From: a virus
Length of the DNA: 64,000 bases
Strand: one strand, 5' to 3'
Virus record (IMG/VR): IMGVR_UViG_3300020391_000003
Span: 1-64,000 of that record
Part shown: positions 63,801 through 64,000 of the stretch, piece by piece
Layout of the letters: each line of letters opens with the position of its first letter
How positions within the stretch are numbered: position 1 is the stretch's first letter
Position numbers and translations under genes: made by a program
The notes under the pieces: generated by a model
The model's input: the letters and a program-made list of their open reading frames with translations, nothing else
Databases searched by the model: none
What the model was told of the DNA's origin: nothing

Positions 63801-64000
63801 ATGGTAAAAATAGAAGGTAAAAATCTATTGTTCAAAACCAAATGCTATTTGGTTGGACATATGCAGTATGTCAGCGGCAGAAACTGGAGAGAAGAAGTCT
63901 CTGAAAAGCTGACCCCATTAAGTATTACTTGTTTTGATCCTTACAAAAAGCCATTTATGAAAGATGTAGAAGAAGATGAAGCCTCGCGTCAGGAAATGGA
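63801..64000 (+). CDS. Nucleoside 2-deoxyribosyltransferase-like protein (truncated by the window end)
   Basis: My translation: MVKIEGKNLLFKTKCYLVGHMQYVSGRNWREEVSEKLTPLSITCFDPYKKPF..., matching the Y-L-x-G...W-R...F-D-P pattern. Confidence 0.6.
   Translation, partial: MVKIEGKNLLFKTKCYLVGHMQYVSGRNWREEVSEKLTPLSITCFDPYKKPFMKDVEEDEASRQEM

Noticed and set aside
1-64000. Stop-codon reassignment, tRNA/rRNA genes, integrase or prophage boundaries, contractile sheath
   Set aside because: Code 11 gives near-complete coding density with all three stops used. The intergenic gaps are too short or lack cloverleaf patterns. No recombinase, host housekeeping or sheath motifs were recognised.

Overview
This window is 64 kb of a large, AT-rich, tailed dsDNA bacteriophage genome. 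It is almost fully coding in code 11, and I saw no rRNA, tRNA, CRISPR, integrase, capsid, portal or terminase gene. Left part (1-17.2 kb): two repeat-rich genes, a sigma factor/SSB/dNMP-kinase operon, and a divergent island of about 11 glycan-biosynthesis genes, with a Whirly-like ssDNA-binding protein and a Rad52-like annealase. Right part (17.2-63.8 kb): a non-contractile lambda-type tail region spread over four alternating-strand blocks. It holds a tape measure protein, four tube-fold paralogues, gpM/L/K/I/J-like tip proteins, a 3308-aa J-C-terminal-like giant, two lectin-type fibres and a 2381-aa modular fibre with an S74 chaperone. The most striking unexplained features are: (1) a ~50-65-aa Tyr/His module inserted in frame six times into three tail genes; (2) a fibre whose module junctions share the same 11-nt DNA core, plus a perfect 189-bp in-frame repeat; (3) a GTGTA motif in front of eight operon-leading or structural genes, a candidate late promoter for the phage sigma factor; (4) a BcbE/F/G plus WavE-like sugar module; and (5) motif-delimited cargo inside the tape measure protein. 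All family assignments come from motif recognition by eye, not database searches.
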